NCBI RefSeq assembly: GCF_037042905.1
Contig: NC_087245.1
Span: forward strand, 18,602,001-18,666,000
Origin: Lytechinus pictus
Taxonomy: Eukaryota
DNA length: 64,000 bases
Direction: 5' to 3'
The notes beneath the pieces are model-generated. The model saw only the letters and a list, made by a program, of their open reading frames with translations, was not told the origin of the DNA and did no database searches. Both the position numbers and the translations under genes were made by a program. Positions 63,889 through 64,000 of this stretch are shown in pieces (position 1 is the first letter of the stretch; every line of letters starts with the position of its first letter).

Positions 63889-64000
63889 CCTTCTGCAGTC
63901 TAAGTTGTTCAATCTTGCTGGACTTAAGTTAAATGGACAGTCCTGTGCTGCCATTTTTCAAAGACTCTTTAATCTTGTTTGGAATAGAGACACTCTTGGA

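Overview
This is a repeat-rich animal genomic window. The AT content and repeat landscape suggest a marine invertebrate, possibly an echinoderm (inference only). One complete intron-containing gene can be assembled by hand on the + strand: La/SSB (Lupus La protein homolog), with 12 coding exons at 45082-63888, 435 aa, and a La motif + RRM1 + RRM2 + C-terminal NLS layout. Positions 1-43 kb are mostly nested non-autonomous DNA transposons (hAT-, Tc1/mariner-, Harbinger-, Kolobok-, MULE/foldback-, Helentron- and AcademH-like), many with readable TIRs and TSDs, plus SINEs. Most notable: (1) a 6.6-kb tandem array inside La whose 115-bp unit is the gene's own 3' splice site plus the first ~50 nt of the RRM2 exon, giving 57 decoy acceptors ahead of the real one, each followed by a donor-like GTGAGT; (2) a short retroposon with a 7SL/Alu-domain-like head fused to a B-box and a SINE central-domain fragment; (3) a U12-type intron in La; (4) a hammerhead-ribozyme-like insert with a 12-bp TSD; (5) an AcademH-like element with a decayed RecQ-like helicase; (6) a candidate bidirectional promoter bracketed by a 27-bp inverted motif. 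All family assignments come from recalled diagnostic features, not database searches.
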